A stretch of 52,311 nucleotides of DNA from an uncultured Methanomicrobia archaeon (GCA_964355295.1 CAYHCZ010000002.1:1-52311), one strand, 5' to 3'; shown: positions 38,137 through 48,379, counted from the first letter of the stretch. Notes: generated by a model from the letters alone, not told the origin. Numbers and translations: made by a program.

Positions 38137-39945
38137 TCAAGGTTGTGGCGTCAGATACCACGTATCAAAGCCTCCGTTTGAAAATACCTTGTTAAGCGTC
38201 GTATCATTCTCCATCCTGCTAAAGTCTTCAGGCAGAATTCTTTTTGAAGCAATCTCTGGATATACATCCACGTACACTCGCTTGCTTTGTTCGGAAAACG
38301 CAACGTAAGTGTCTTTCCAGACGGTCTGCCCCATTTTAGTATAGTTATCGTAGCCGAGGTGTGGCGGAACTTCCTTTACATAGAACTGGTCTGGATAATA
38401 CATAAGATCCGATCGTGCGCTCGAGCCATTTTGGGGCTTGTCCGGCAGCAGCCACAGAAACCGCCAAGGCGTAAAGACAACACCTCCCGTGAGTCCCTTA
38501 AAATCTACTTGGGGCACTGTTTTCTCCAGGAACCACAGATTGCCAGAGACTTCCGCATTTGTCGTCTGCAGCGTTGGCGAGCGGGTAAGCGTTGACGGAT
38601 AGAGGATCAGCATGCCGTTTACGGACACAGCAACGATCAACGCGCATGTTACGACGATGTTAATGGCTTTTCCGTTCTTTTTAAACATAAGCCGCTGTTT
38701 GAACTCATAGAGCACAAAGCCGACAAAAACGGCGCTGAGTGTTAATATAAAACAAAGAACCCGAAACGGGCTAACTATTTGAGCGAAAAACAAGGGCACA
38801 TAAACTGCAATAATCAGAACATACCCTCCAAACAACCCCTTAAGCTTCAACAGATCTTCGCCTTGCGACAATCGCTTCCACACAAGAACGAAAGCGACTG
38901 TCGAGAGCGCTATGTAGAGTGCGGTACCGCCGTACAACTTCAGTATTAGCTCGTATATGTTGTAGCCAAATCCCTGCGCCGCTGCTGCCAAGTCTGCATA
39001 AGAGGATATGTATGGTATTGTGCGGTACCTCCCCAACACTTTCTGCAGAGTGTGCGTAAGTATATACGTACGCGAAAGCCACCCGAATAACAAGGCAACA
39101 AAAAGCAACGCTAAGCTCCTGCTTGCCGTTAACCGTTTGAGGGTTCGGTCTGACCCGTGAAAAGGCGTTTTGAAACGTTGGAAAAGCCAGACACCTAATA
39201 AGAGCGCCAAGAGAGTTATAGCTCCAAGCGGGTGCAAAATCGCGCTGAAGACTGTCAGAATGATCGCGAGCAACGTGCAGGAATTCTTGCTTCTGCCTGC
39301 TGAATGAAAAACGATGTACGCGATAAACGGAAAAAACCACACGAGAACGGCGAACGGCGTCATAAAAGGGGAGGTGACGAGTAGTGGTATCCCTGCTAAT
39401 GCTGCGAGTATTGCTTGCTCGTTACGCGCCACCACGGTTTTTGCCAAGAGATAGACCGATGCCATAAAAAACGCATTAAAAAAAGCGGGGAGATAGTCAA
39501 ATATATCTAGAAGGGCGATGCCGGTGAAGTTATGCAGGGTTGCCATGTAATAGTGCATTAGCGGATAATAATTGCGAGAACCTGCGTGTCCCCAGGTGAG
39601 TAAATAGCTCACCGAGTAGAGATGGTTCCCAACATCTCCGGTTATATTAAGTAGATAACCCCTGAGCGCAAATACAAGAACAACGACCACTGCGCTAAAA
39701 GCTGCAATGCTAAGACCGAGGATCGGAAATCTGCTTTTGCAGCCTCTATTATATAGTGAGCTGACGGTAACGTAGACGCCGCACAACGTGCTTAGTGTAA
39801 GAGCGATCCAAACGAAAACTGGCGTGCTTTCATAGATTGAAGCCTCATACCCTGTTGCCTGTGAGTTGTAAGCGAGCGCTATTGCTAGGGTAATCAGTGC
39901 GAAACTGACAATTGAGATCGTTTTGAGAACTCTGTAGCTTCCCAT
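38137..39945 (-). CDS. large polytopic membrane protein with a C-terminal extracytoplasmic domain; candidate GT-C enzyme or glycan polymerase (family unassigned)
   Basis: 602 aa, about 13 hydrophobic segments, then a ~150-aa soluble tail (TLQTTNAEVSGNLWFLEK...). No WWDYG motif, so it is not a canonical AglB/STT3. Confidence 0.6.
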   Translation of the reverse strand: MGSYRVLKTISIVSFALITLAIALAYNSQATGYEASIYESTPVFVWIALTLSTLCGVYVTVSSLYNRGCKSRFPILGLSIAAFSAVVVVLVFALRGYLLNITGDVGNHLYSVSYLLTWGHAGSRNYYPLMHYYMATLHNFTGIALLDIFDYLPAFFNAFFMASVYLLAKTVVARNEQAILAALAGIPLLVTSPFMTPFAVLVWFFPFIAYIVFHSAGRSKNSCTLLAIILTVFSAILHPLGAITLLALLLGVWLFQRFKTPFHGSDRTLKRLTASRSLALLFVALLFGWLSRTYILTHTLQKVLGRYRTIPYISSYADLAAAAQGFGYNIYELILKLYGGTALYIALSTVAFVLVWKRLSQGEDLLKLKGLFGGYVLIIAVYVPLFFAQIVSPFRVLCFILTLSAVFVGFVLYEFKQRLMFKKNGKAINIVVTCALIVAVSVNGMLILYPSTLTRSPTLQTTNAEVSGNLWFLEKTVPQVDFKGLTGGVVFTPWRFLWLLPDKPQNGSSARSDLMYYPDQFYVKEVPPHLGYDNYTKMGQTVWKDTYVAFSEQSKRVYVDVYPEIASKRILPEDFSRMENDTTLNKVFSNGGFDTWYLTPQP

Positions 39946-40711
39946 GTCACTAGAGCGATATCGCTTGCCGACTTTTGCCGTTACAACTGAGCATATGCCG
40001 CTTATGGAGGTCTAAATATGGCAGTCCGAGTGAACTAGCTTGTTGCAAGCTTTAGCAAAGATTTATCACGGCCGCTAGTACTTAATAATTGGTAATTCGA
40101 TTCCCGCAACTCAAATTGCCGCAAGACGCTGTATAAAGATGCCCGTTCCGAGCAACATTTCAAGCTTTACCCTGGAAGCCTTCGTCAAACGATGAGCTCG
40201 CTCGTGTAAAACGGATGTAGTGATATCGGATCCCACCTGCAGTTCTTGTCGTCATTCGGATCATTAAACAACCTATTTAACTAACACCTTCAATAGCTCA
40301 AAAAAGTGTGAGGGCTGCAAATTTTACAGTTTTTTGAGAGAGGGTAGTGTTGACGTAGACACAGTTTGAAACGCTTGAAGCTCTGTTAAGCAATGCGAAA
40401 CTACGGTTATGGCAACGGTTACCGCATCGCTTAAGTAATTGAACTTCTCTTTGTCCATTCAGGGATTTCCCTTTGACGTTATACGCCTAGACGAGTAAAT
40501 TAGCTTAATAAAATGGGGGGGTCGCCGGAGCCATGTATAATTAGGAAACGATCAGCGACCCCGCCGAGGCGATACTGACGGACGGTTAAAAGTAGGTCAG
40601 TTTTTTTTCGGCGATGCTTTGCATGAGATACAAGGGAATGGTACGCGATCGAGCAGAAAGCACCGACGGGGATTAATAGCGAAGAGATGCGTGTGAAAGG
40701 CGGCGATCAAT

Positions 40712-41911
40712 GTGTCTGGCAAGAAAGTTGGAATCGTTGGGGCACGAGGCATAGACAATTACGGTGGATATGAGCGAATGCTTGTAGATCTCGTGCCGCG
40801 GCTTGTGCAAGAAGGTTACAGCGTCCGTTGCAGCTGCGAGCAACAGGGATGTGTGGGGTGCACCAACGATTCTATGGGGGCGACACTTGATTACTTCCCG
40901 CTTAAAGCACCTACTAACTACACTTTAAGAAAAGCATTCGAGCTCCTCTATGACTGTTACTTCATCTTGCGGTATTCGTTAGTTTGTGATATCCTTTATG
41001 TACTTGGAATCTATGGCGGACCTTCCCTGCTAGTCCCCAGATTTTTTCGAAAACAGGTAGTTGTCAACATCGATGGATTAGAATGGAAGCGCTCCAAATA
41101 CCACATAATTGAGCAAAGCATTATCATATTGTTCTTTGCTACCTCAATTAATCTCGCTTCTAGAATCGTCATTGACAATAAACAGCTAAAGAGGTGCATT
41201 AGCAAGAAACATCTCAGCAAGGCCTTTTATGTCCCGTACGGAGTTTCCCCGCATAAACCTCAGTCGTGGGATAAGACCAAACTAAGCGGCTACTTCCGTG
41301 AGAAGACCGCCAACGGAACCTTAGATAAGGGCAAGTACTGGTTAGTCATAGCACGTTTGGAGCCTGAAAACAACATCCACATGATCGTCGAGGGATTCAT
41401 CAATGCAAGACCTAAATATCCGTTGGTCATCGTTGGCGATTTTACGAGCAATAAGTACCGTGACCGAGTATATCAGCACGCATTTAACGCTAATTCAGCT
41501 AATATATTCTTTTTAGGAGCTATATACGACGCCGACGTGCTTTGGATGTTGCGGCAACACTGCCTCGCATATATCCACGGGCATTCGGTCGGCGGGACCA
41601 ACCCCAGTCTCTTAGAGGCAATGATTTCAAAGAATCTTATCGTGTGTCATAATAACGTTTTTAACAGAGAGCTGTGCGGTCGGTTCGCACATTATTTCTG
41701 CCATAGCTTCGACTTAACCGATCTGGTGACGTCGATAGAAAGGTATGGTGGAGAGCAGACGGAGTTTCGCGCAGAGGTCTACAAAAGGGCACTAGCGGCT
41801 TATTCGTGGGATGGTATACTTGCCGCATACGATAGCCTGTTTAGAGGTGATGACAAACGGGCTTACGGACCTTTAAGTGACGCGGATGTGGCTCGAGAAA
41901 GTCAGCACTAA
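40712..41911 (+). CDS. GT4 glycosyltransferase with an N-terminal DUF1972 domain (RgpA/WchF rhamnosyltransferase-like)
   Basis: VGIVGARGIDNYGGYERMLVDLVPRL, NIDGLEWKRSKY, GHSVGGTNPSLLEAM. GTG start. Confidence 0.75.
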   Translation: MSGKKVGIVGARGIDNYGGYERMLVDLVPRLVQEGYSVRCSCEQQGCVGCTNDSMGATLDYFPLKAPTNYTLRKAFELLYDCYFILRYSLVCDILYVLGIYGGPSLLVPRFFRKQVVVNIDGLEWKRSKYHIIEQSIIILFFATSINLASRIVIDNKQLKRCISKKHLSKAFYVPYGVSPHKPQSWDKTKLSGYFREKTANGTLDKGKYWLVIARLEPENNIHMIVEGFINARPKYPLVIVGDFTSNKYRDRVYQHAFNANSANIFFLGAIYDADVLWMLRQHCLAYIHGHSVGGTNPSLLEAMISKNLIVCHNNVFNRELCGRFAHYFCHSFDLTDLVTSIERYGGEQTEFRAEVYKRALAAYSWDGILAAYDSLFRGDDKRAYGPLSDADVARESQH

Positions 41912-42377
41912 GGCATTTGTCAACTATCCTATCGAAGTGTGTTGGGGGGGTGGTCATCGTCCTCCTCAAGCTGGGGGCCGTGGTTTATTCTAGCCACAGT
42001 TTGCACCGATTCAACAGGCTACTACAACAAATTCTATCGGGGGACGGAACTCGATCAGTATAGGCCGTGTTCCCCTAGGGTACGGGCTCCGTTCACGACG
42101 TGACGCAAAAATCCAGACGGAAGCTTATAACACGCGAGCCGGATAGCGAAACGTGTATGATCAAAAGGCGTACTTTGCTTCGGCTTTCAGAAACGCTGGC
42201 ATCGAACTCATTTTCACCGAGGACGCTTATAAACGCTTGAAGCTCTCCTGAGGTTCACAGGCGCCCTCAGAGCAAGTCGTTTTAAATATGGCAAACGAAC
42301 CAAGATTGAATGGATAATCAAAGTCAAGAAAATCTTTGTTGTGAAGGGCTCAAATTCTTTATGAGGTGCCTGTAAAC

Positions 42378-43292
42378 TTACCCAATCTCAGCTGTTTTTT
42401 TTGCTACACAAAACAAGCTACTTCCAAATGAGAAGTTTCTATATTTTAGAAAGAGGAGCTCAATTGAAAATAGGGAGGAGAATATTTTATTGAGTAAGGA
42501 GTTCAGTTTTAGTTCGCGAAACGCGAAATATTCTCTATGGCTACTTACTGCTCCCGTTTTTTTATCAGAGAAACGCATGAGTCGCCTGTAGGTATAAAGA
42601 ATTGGAAAAAGGAAGGACATAAAATAGGTGCACCGAACAATGTGAAAACCAGCGTGTTCCACTTTTTGAATCAGTTCCTCCCTAGAATAGCGGCGCTTAT
42701 GCTTCGCGTAGATATCTGTCTCTGACCAAAGCAAACAGTTCGCGGGCACGGTAATGAAAAGATAACCCCCCTCATGTATAGAATGATATAAATTATTTAG
42801 AGCTAATTCATCGTCATCAATATGCTCGAGGACATCAAACGTGCAGACTGCATCATAATGTTTAAAGAAAGGACAATACTTAAGATCAAACAAATAATAT
42901 GCGTTTCCTCCACCTCTCTTTTCACAGTATTGTATAGCTGAGTGAAAAATATCACTGCAATCTATAAAGTTATATCCGACTTTCTTGAGATATGATGAAA
43001 CAAAGCCTGTACCGCAGCCGATTTCTAAGATCGTTGAGTTTAGTTGAAGATAATTTGATACCATGTGCTTGATAAGTTGATTCCTGCCAAAAAACCAAAA
43101 ACTGTTGCTCTCTAGTTGAAATAAGAGGTCATAGTCATCTTCGGAGAAAAAATTTTGTGTTTCGCTCTCATTGTGCAAAAAATTATATAAGCCGTTTTCA
43201 TAAGCGAACAATGTATCGCAGTGTTCACACAAATACCCCCTGGTAGCTTGCTTGTGAATCAGTTCTTGATCGCAGTAGATGCATTTTAACAA
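42378..43292 (-). CDS. class I SAM-dependent methyltransferase with an N-terminal zinc ribbon
   Basis: CIYCDQEL...CEHCDTLF, then ILEIGCGTGFVSSYL and FDVLEHIDDD. AT-rich. Confidence 0.8.
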   Translation of the reverse strand: MLKCIYCDQELIHKQATRGYLCEHCDTLFAYENGLYNFLHNESETQNFFSEDDYDLLFQLESNSFWFFGRNQLIKHMVSNYLQLNSTILEIGCGTGFVSSYLKKVGYNFIDCSDIFHSAIQYCEKRGGGNAYYLFDLKYCPFFKHYDAVCTFDVLEHIDDDELALNNLYHSIHEGGYLFITVPANCLLWSETDIYAKHKRRYSREELIQKVEHAGFHIVRCTYFMSFLFPILYTYRRLMRFSDKKTGAVSSHREYFAFRELKLNSLLNKIFSSLFSIELLFLKYRNFSFGSSLFCVAKKTAEIG

Positions 43293-43309
43293 CTTTTATC
43301 CCTCTGGCA

Positions 43310-44277
43310 TCTGCCTCTCAAACTATTTTTTTTCAAGATAACTTCATCACGCGACGCATCAGCTGTTGCTTGTTCATTTGGAAATAAGACGTAAAAGAGG
43401 TGATTATCTTGTTTTGCATAATGAGGAGTCGTTGGCAGTTTAATGCATCCGTCTTGTTCTTAGGGATGCAGTAATTTACAACACGCGTCATAAATCTTCA
43501 TCCATTTCGCTTGAATTTCATCTAGAGCTTTAGAGCTGGGCATAGAGAGAGGTAGAACTCGGCAGGTAACTTGAGCAAATATCAACCCAGGTGTATTTAT
43601 CTACTTCGCCACGAAAAAAATTGCTTCTATTCGCGCCTTTTTCCCTTATGATTTCTGCGCGCTCTTTTGTATACGTTTGTCATCAGTGTTCATTAGAAGC
43701 ACCCTCCCTCGCCGCAGACGTAGTTTTTTGAATCCGGGAAACTATAGCATCCAAAATCGCCGATAGTGCCGAGATATCGCTGCTTCTGCTTAGCATTGAC
43801 CCCTTGGGGCAGCATCTTCAACTACAGCGAGCGAAGTTAATTAGCCATATCCGATTTCATCCATATCGCATGCCACTCCTGCATAACGCACGGGGTATAT
43901 TACTTTCGTTTCAAGCGTTATGTTTTGTTTGATTTCGCTAGTATCCATATTTAGAGTCTTTTTTGTCGATGTCTACAAAAACAGTTTTCACCCTCGCCAT
44001 AACAACCGAATTGACAGTGGAAGCAAAAGTATGAGATGGCACAATGACCTTCACCCGGCTTTAAATTGATCAGCGTAGTCGCCATCTCTAACGTGCTTGT
44101 ACACGAAGTTTTTAGTAGAACTCTTCCCGCACGAAAACGCTATTCGATAAACGTTTGTACTTTCTTCGTGTACTTGCTATCTGCTCTGGCAGCGCCTCTA
44201 TCGACAGATTCTATGGCGCTTTTGATATATTTTAAATCTTTTCGAGCAACATAGGGCTTGTTAAAATCGATTTTCAT
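43310..44277 (-). pseudogene. decayed WecE-type (dTDP-4-amino-4,6-dideoxyhexose) DegT aminotransferase
   Basis: The minus strand from the ATG at 44277 reads MKIDFNKPYVARKDLKYIKSAIESV. Recognisable blocks follow in shifting frames with many stops: LLKTSCTSTLEMA, PSHTFASTVNS, YPVRYAGVACDMDEI, GTIGDFGCYSF..KNYVCGEGG, KGANRSNFFRGEVDKYTWVDI.SSYLPSS. The C-terminal ~60 aa is absent. Confidence 0.75.
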
Positions 44278-44449
44278 TATAACGCCGCCAACGTCATTTA
44301 GCTGAAGTCAAATATTAAATATCTTATGTCTGTTATGTCGCTAGCCGTTCAAGGTGTAACCATCTCTATGCGTAATAAACGTTTCAATTCCGTACGTTGC
44401 TGAAAAAAGCCTTAATAGTAAATCTCACTTACATTAGTCAGGTTAAGAA

Positions 44450-45085
44450 ATGACTAGTTTGTTAGCCCGAGTGCTGCATTCTGCAAGAATATATAGTCTT
44501 TCTAGCAAGTTACTGGGGAGATATAATAATTACAATCGCTTAGTTGTCAACAAGTATATTAGGCCGTGTGAAGATGATAAAATACTAGACATTGGGTGCG
44601 GACCAGGTGAAATAGTTCAATACCTTCCACACGTTACTTATTTTGGGTTTGATAGTAATAAGGATTATATCAATCAAGCTAAACAAAGATTCTGGCAACA
44701 GGGCTCGTTCATTTGCAGCTCGATAAGCACGTATTTGGAGGAAGATGCCCACAGCTATGACATCGCAATTGCGCTTGCTGTACTACATCACCTCAACGAC
44801 ACAGAGGCAACAAAGTTATTCAACATTGCGAGTACGGCTTTGAGACGCGGAGGCAGGCTGATAACTGTAGATAATTGTCACACAGACACCCAATCCCGAT
44901 TTGAAAAGTTTTTGCTATCAAAGGACCGTGGCAAGTTCATTCGAACTCCTGAAGGATACAGAGATCTTGCGCTTCGTCATTTTAGAGACGTTAAAGTGAA
45001 CGTAGAGACAAACTTGTTGCGCGTACCATACTCTCTCGTCATCTTGGAGTGTCACAACCAAACAGACAACAACAAAATCGTATAA
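44450..45085 (+). CDS. class I SAM-dependent methyltransferase
   Basis: ILDIGCGPGEIVQYL, FGFDSN, YDIAIALAVLHHL, GGRLITVD. Confidence 0.8.
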   Translation: MTSLLARVLHSARIYSLSSKLLGRYNNYNRLVVNKYIRPCEDDKILDIGCGPGEIVQYLPHVTYFGFDSNKDYINQAKQRFWQQGSFICSSISTYLEEDAHSYDIAIALAVLHHLNDTEATKLFNIASTALRRGGRLITVDNCHTDTQSRFEKFLLSKDRGKFIRTPEGYRDLALRHFRDVKVNVETNLLRVPYSLVILECHNQTDNNKIV

Positions 45086-45300
45086 TGAATTGTAAGTGGA
45101 GCTGCAACAGCTTTGATCGCGTGATTTAGTACTTTTTTGGTGCCGTTCTGAAGCTCAACTCCGATTTGAGATACATCAAAGGCGACTTGTCAAAGCCATT
45201 TGGCTACCTTGTGACGTACCAAAGCCGATGACGCTGAGGTCAATGGATCGCGCGTTTTCGGGATCTCGAATCATACGGTCTGTCCACGGCGGTCTACATC

Positions 45301-45663
45301 CTAAACGTCGCAGTCTCCGTCGACATGATCAGAATGCACGTGTGCACACGATAGCGTCGGGGTATGTGATCCCATTTGCGACGAGGAAGGCAATGCGAAC
45401 TGTTCAGCAGAATTGCCTCCACTTTCGGCGTGCACGTGCTCGTCATTATGAAACTTGAGGAGGAACACGTCGCCTTTGCCGACGTTGATTACCGTCGTCT
45501 GTCCGCGAAGCGTTAGATTGTAGTGCGGCCATGATTTCTGCGATTCTTTGTTTCCAGCGACCAGCTCAAGCGAAAAAAAAATAGGATTGCCGCTTATTTG
45601 ACCGAGAACCGGATCACCAAAGCGATTTACGTGTCTTTTTTCAGCACGTGCAGATACCAGCAT
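45301..45663 (-). CDS. hypothetical small protein with a His/Asp/Cys-rich C-terminal tail
   Basis: 120-aa ORF overlapping the upstream methyltransferase gene by 37 nt. The tail reads HNDEHVHAE...CAHVHSDHVDGDCDV. No family recognised. Confidence 0.4.
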   Translation of the reverse strand: MLVSARAEKRHVNRFGDPVLGQISGNPIFFSLELVAGNKESQKSWPHYNLTLRGQTTVINVGKGDVFLLKFHNDEHVHAESGGNSAEQFALPSSSQMGSHTPTLSCAHVHSDHVDGDCDV

Positions 45664-46547
45664 CCGGTCTGCCTTCGTACGCTAATTGGGAGAAAGAGTG
45701 TGTGGATCGTATTTTTTGCGAAGTCGTGCGGGACAAACGTGTTCACCGCTCGTGCCAACCCCGGATGACTAAAGTAGAAACGCGCTAGATGCTCACGTCT
45801 AACGACAGACGGCATTACCCATTGGGTGATGTCCTTCGAAACTGTTACGGAAAACTTCTGTTGCATGTAGTCTTCCACTACACTGACACGTTCAATAGTC
45901 TCACACGCAATGCTCTTGGCAATTAATCTCCACAGTAGCTCCTCAGATACGCTGAGTGACTCAGCGCGATCTCGTTGATAAAGGTCAATGACGATAAAAA
46001 GCCCGCCTTTTCTTAGTTTCTTCCAGACCTCGCGAAAAACTATCGACTTGTTAGTAGAATAGAGTAAAGACTCTACGACAAAGATTATATCGTACGAATT
46101 ATCCTCAAATTGACTCAAGTCGTGGAAATCCCCACAATAGAAATGTGCGTTTGATGACTTTTTATGCCGGCGCAGTGGTTTATTAAACAAATCAACTCCG
46201 GTGAATGCGACATCTGGGTTTCGGCGTGCGAGGAATGCGATATTTGGACCCAATCCGGATGCAAGTTCCATTACTTTTTCGGCTTCTCTCTCTCGGATAT
46301 AGCCCTCAATTATTCTTGCAGGCTCGTTCAGATCGACCTCCTTATATTTCCCGTCATAACTGATCCCATAGTGAAAAAAGCCACCCGGATTGTAGAAATG
46401 CAACGCTAGTCTGTTTATGAGATAGAAATGACTGATCTGCGACGTCGCTTGTGACTCGTTGAGGATTTTAGATAGGTCAAATATATTTCCCACCTGACTA
46501 ATGCAGCGCTCCAAATTACCGTTGTCTTCCACTATCTCGTGTTCCAT
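45627..46547 (-). CDS. class I SAM-dependent methyltransferase
   Basis: VMELASGLGPNIAFLA, FTGVDL, YDIIFVVESLLY, GGLFIVIDLY. Confidence 0.75.
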   Translation of the reverse strand: MEHEIVEDNGNLERCISQVGNIFDLSKILNESQATSQISHFYLINRLALHFYNPGGFFHYGISYDGKYKEVDLNEPARIIEGYIREREAEKVMELASGLGPNIAFLARRNPDVAFTGVDLFNKPLRRHKKSSNAHFYCGDFHDLSQFEDNSYDIIFVVESLLYSTNKSIVFREVWKKLRKGGLFIVIDLYQRDRAESLSVSEELLWRLIAKSIACETIERVSVVEDYMQQKFSVTVSKDITQWVMPSVVRREHLARFYFSHPGLARAVNTFVPHDFAKNTIHTLFLPISVRRQTGCWYLHVLKKDT

Positions 46548-47077
46548 TGTTCATCAGCTCCGTATGGAAGTCTTTAATCTTGTGGTTTGCAAGCGTTCCC
46601 CTATTTTTGCGAGAGCTCTTATAAACTATTCGAATCAGCCATGATTGGCATCTATTGCGTTCTCTCGGACAGTCATTGCCACGTAGGAGCAACTTTGCAG
46701 GTACTCTTTGTATGGACTGCATGTGTAACCAAGTGTAGGATTCTTCAGGGATCAATAATTTGATATATTTTAGGTGCTTGTCATTATCCGCGCTCCATCA
46801 ACATCTTAATCGACTTCTTTCGGCCGCAATAAGCTGAACAACTGCTCGAATTGGTATAAATGACTAATACTTTCGTATGATCTGCACCGTATCAAACGTA
46901 TCTTCACCAAAACACATGTTGCTTGGTTCGGCACAATCAAAAAGTGATAAGACCGCTTGTTCACTTCCTTATGCTGTCAGTCGTTCGTTTACTAGTTTAC
47001 TTGATGCTGCTGTGATTAAGTGGCGAGCCCCCATAGCTCAACATGCAACTTTAAAATCTGTTATATCCACGGAACCA

Positions 47078-47099
47078 ATTTCTGGTAGATTTCTGGTAG
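47078..47099 (+). repeat. perfect 11-bp tandem duplication ATTTCTGGTAG x2, ending 16 nt before the ATG at 47115
   Basis: Read directly: ccaATTTCTGGTAGATTTCTGGTAGtttaggtgtcaaaccATG. Confidence 0.9.
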
Positions 47100-47114
47100 T
47101 TTAGGTGTCAAACC

Positions 47115-47474
47115 ATGAGACAAACCCGATATTTCGCATTTATTTTACTATCGATAATTTTTCAAGGTTCCGGCTGGGCATTTAGCGAGCTGGCAGCACA
47201 AACTACGGCCGGTTTTTCGGTCTCCGCAATTCTATCAAATAGTTATTATCAGGTTTCACTTGCTTTGTTACTCCCTCAGGCCGTTGTATGGCAACAGGCA
47301 TTGAAACATTATCCACTGTCGTTTGCGTATCCCATGATGAGCCTTGTCAATTTTTTGGTGCTTTTTATAGCTGCATTTTTCTTTGAAGAGCAAGTTACTT
47401 CTCTTAACATTATTAGCCTTATGATAATCTCTTTTGGGGTTTTGTTGCTGTCACAATCTGAGGAAAAAAAATGA
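47115..47474 (+). CDS. small 4-TM DMT/SMR-like protein, ArnE-like lipid-linked aminosugar flippase subunit
   Basis: 119 aa, four hydrophobic segments (QAVVWQQALKHYPLSFAYPMMSL). AGGTG upstream. The stop overlaps the next ATG (ATGA). Confidence 0.65.
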   Translation: MRQTRYFAFILLSIIFQGSGWAFSELAAQTTAGFSVSAILSNSYYQVSLALLLPQAVVWQQALKHYPLSFAYPMMSLVNFLVLFIAAFFFEEQVTSLNIISLMIISFGVLLLSQSEEKK

Positions 47475-47800
47475 TTTATCTCATATTTGCTTTTGCTGCG
47501 ATAATATTGACCGGCTTCTCACAATTGCTGTTGAAACTTGGAGCGCGCCGCGATGAAACACCCCTAAGCATCTACTTGAACCCGTCAACGATCACTGGCT
47601 ACTGTTTGTTTCTAATCGTCACAATATTGTCTGTACTTGCGTTGAAAGGCCTTGATTTAAAGCTTTTTGCTGCGCTTACTTCTTTGAATTATGGGGTCAC
47701 GTTAGTATTTTCAAGATTGTTCTTACTCGAGTCCTTAACTCGGATAAAAATTGTGGCAGTTCTTGTCATAATCCTCGGAGTTATCGTATTCAATATTTAA
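47471..47800 (+). CDS. small 4-TM DMT/SMR-like protein, ArnF-like partner subunit
   Basis: 109 aa (GFSQLLLKLGA...LKGLDLKLFAALTSLNYGVTLVFS). Translationally coupled to 47115..47474. Confidence 0.65.
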   Translation: MIYLIFAFAAIILTGFSQLLLKLGARRDETPLSIYLNPSTITGYCLFLIVTILSVLALKGLDLKLFAALTSLNYGVTLVFSRLFLLESLTRIKIVAVLVIILGVIVFNI

Positions 47801-47864
47801 GGTGTATGGAAAACGAGAAAATACAACTATCGCGCAAACAGTGCTCATTAGGAGGAATTTCAAC

Positions 47865-47925
47865 CCTTAAAGAAGCATCGGACATTCATTCGAGCTCCTA
47901 AAGGTTACCAAGATCTGGCGCTCGT
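47865..47925 (+). pseudogene. short C-terminal fragment of a paralogue of methyltransferase 44450..45085
   Basis: ttcattcgagctcctaaaggttaccaagatctggcgctc (FIRAPKGYQDLAL) aligns with 44936-44974 ttcattcgaactcctgaaggatacagagatcttgcgctt (FIRTPEGYRDLAL); 32 of 39 nt identical. Confidence 0.4.
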
Positions 47926-48379
47926 CTTGATTTTGGTATGCAAAGTCGCTTCGCCTCAGATTTAGTTCGTTTACGTGCGAAAGCCTATATAGAAGCTTAT
48001 AGCAACAAAGGCTATAATCAATAGTATTAAACAGAACGGTCAAGTGACCACACAAACCATACTATGTTGTTACAATAAGATGCGAGAATATCCTGTGACC
48101 CACCAAACCACATCGAGTTAATGTTGTTAAAAATTCAAGAGAGATGTATTTAGTCCGTGGGTAGCATCGTAACTTTGAAACTTGCTAAGTCGCCGAACAC
48201 AGTTCAAGTGAATAAAATTGTCATTGAAAGGATTGACGTTCAAGCCGAAATAACCAGCTTGCGTTAGGTCTCTCAACACTGCAAGGATAACTGGTTAGGC
48301 GGATGACTGAAGCGAGGGACTACCTAAACGGTTCGAATAGTAGCTTCTGACACCTTTGATTCACGGAACACAGCCATCA

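Noticed and set aside
40369-40384. The 16-mer AAACGCTTGAAGCTCT occurs on both sides of the DUF1972 GT4 gene (40369-40384 and 42231-42246). It was considered as flanking direct repeats of an inserted cassette.
   Set aside because: About one chance 16-mer match is expected in a 52-kb self-comparison, and the similarity does not extend beyond the 16 nt.
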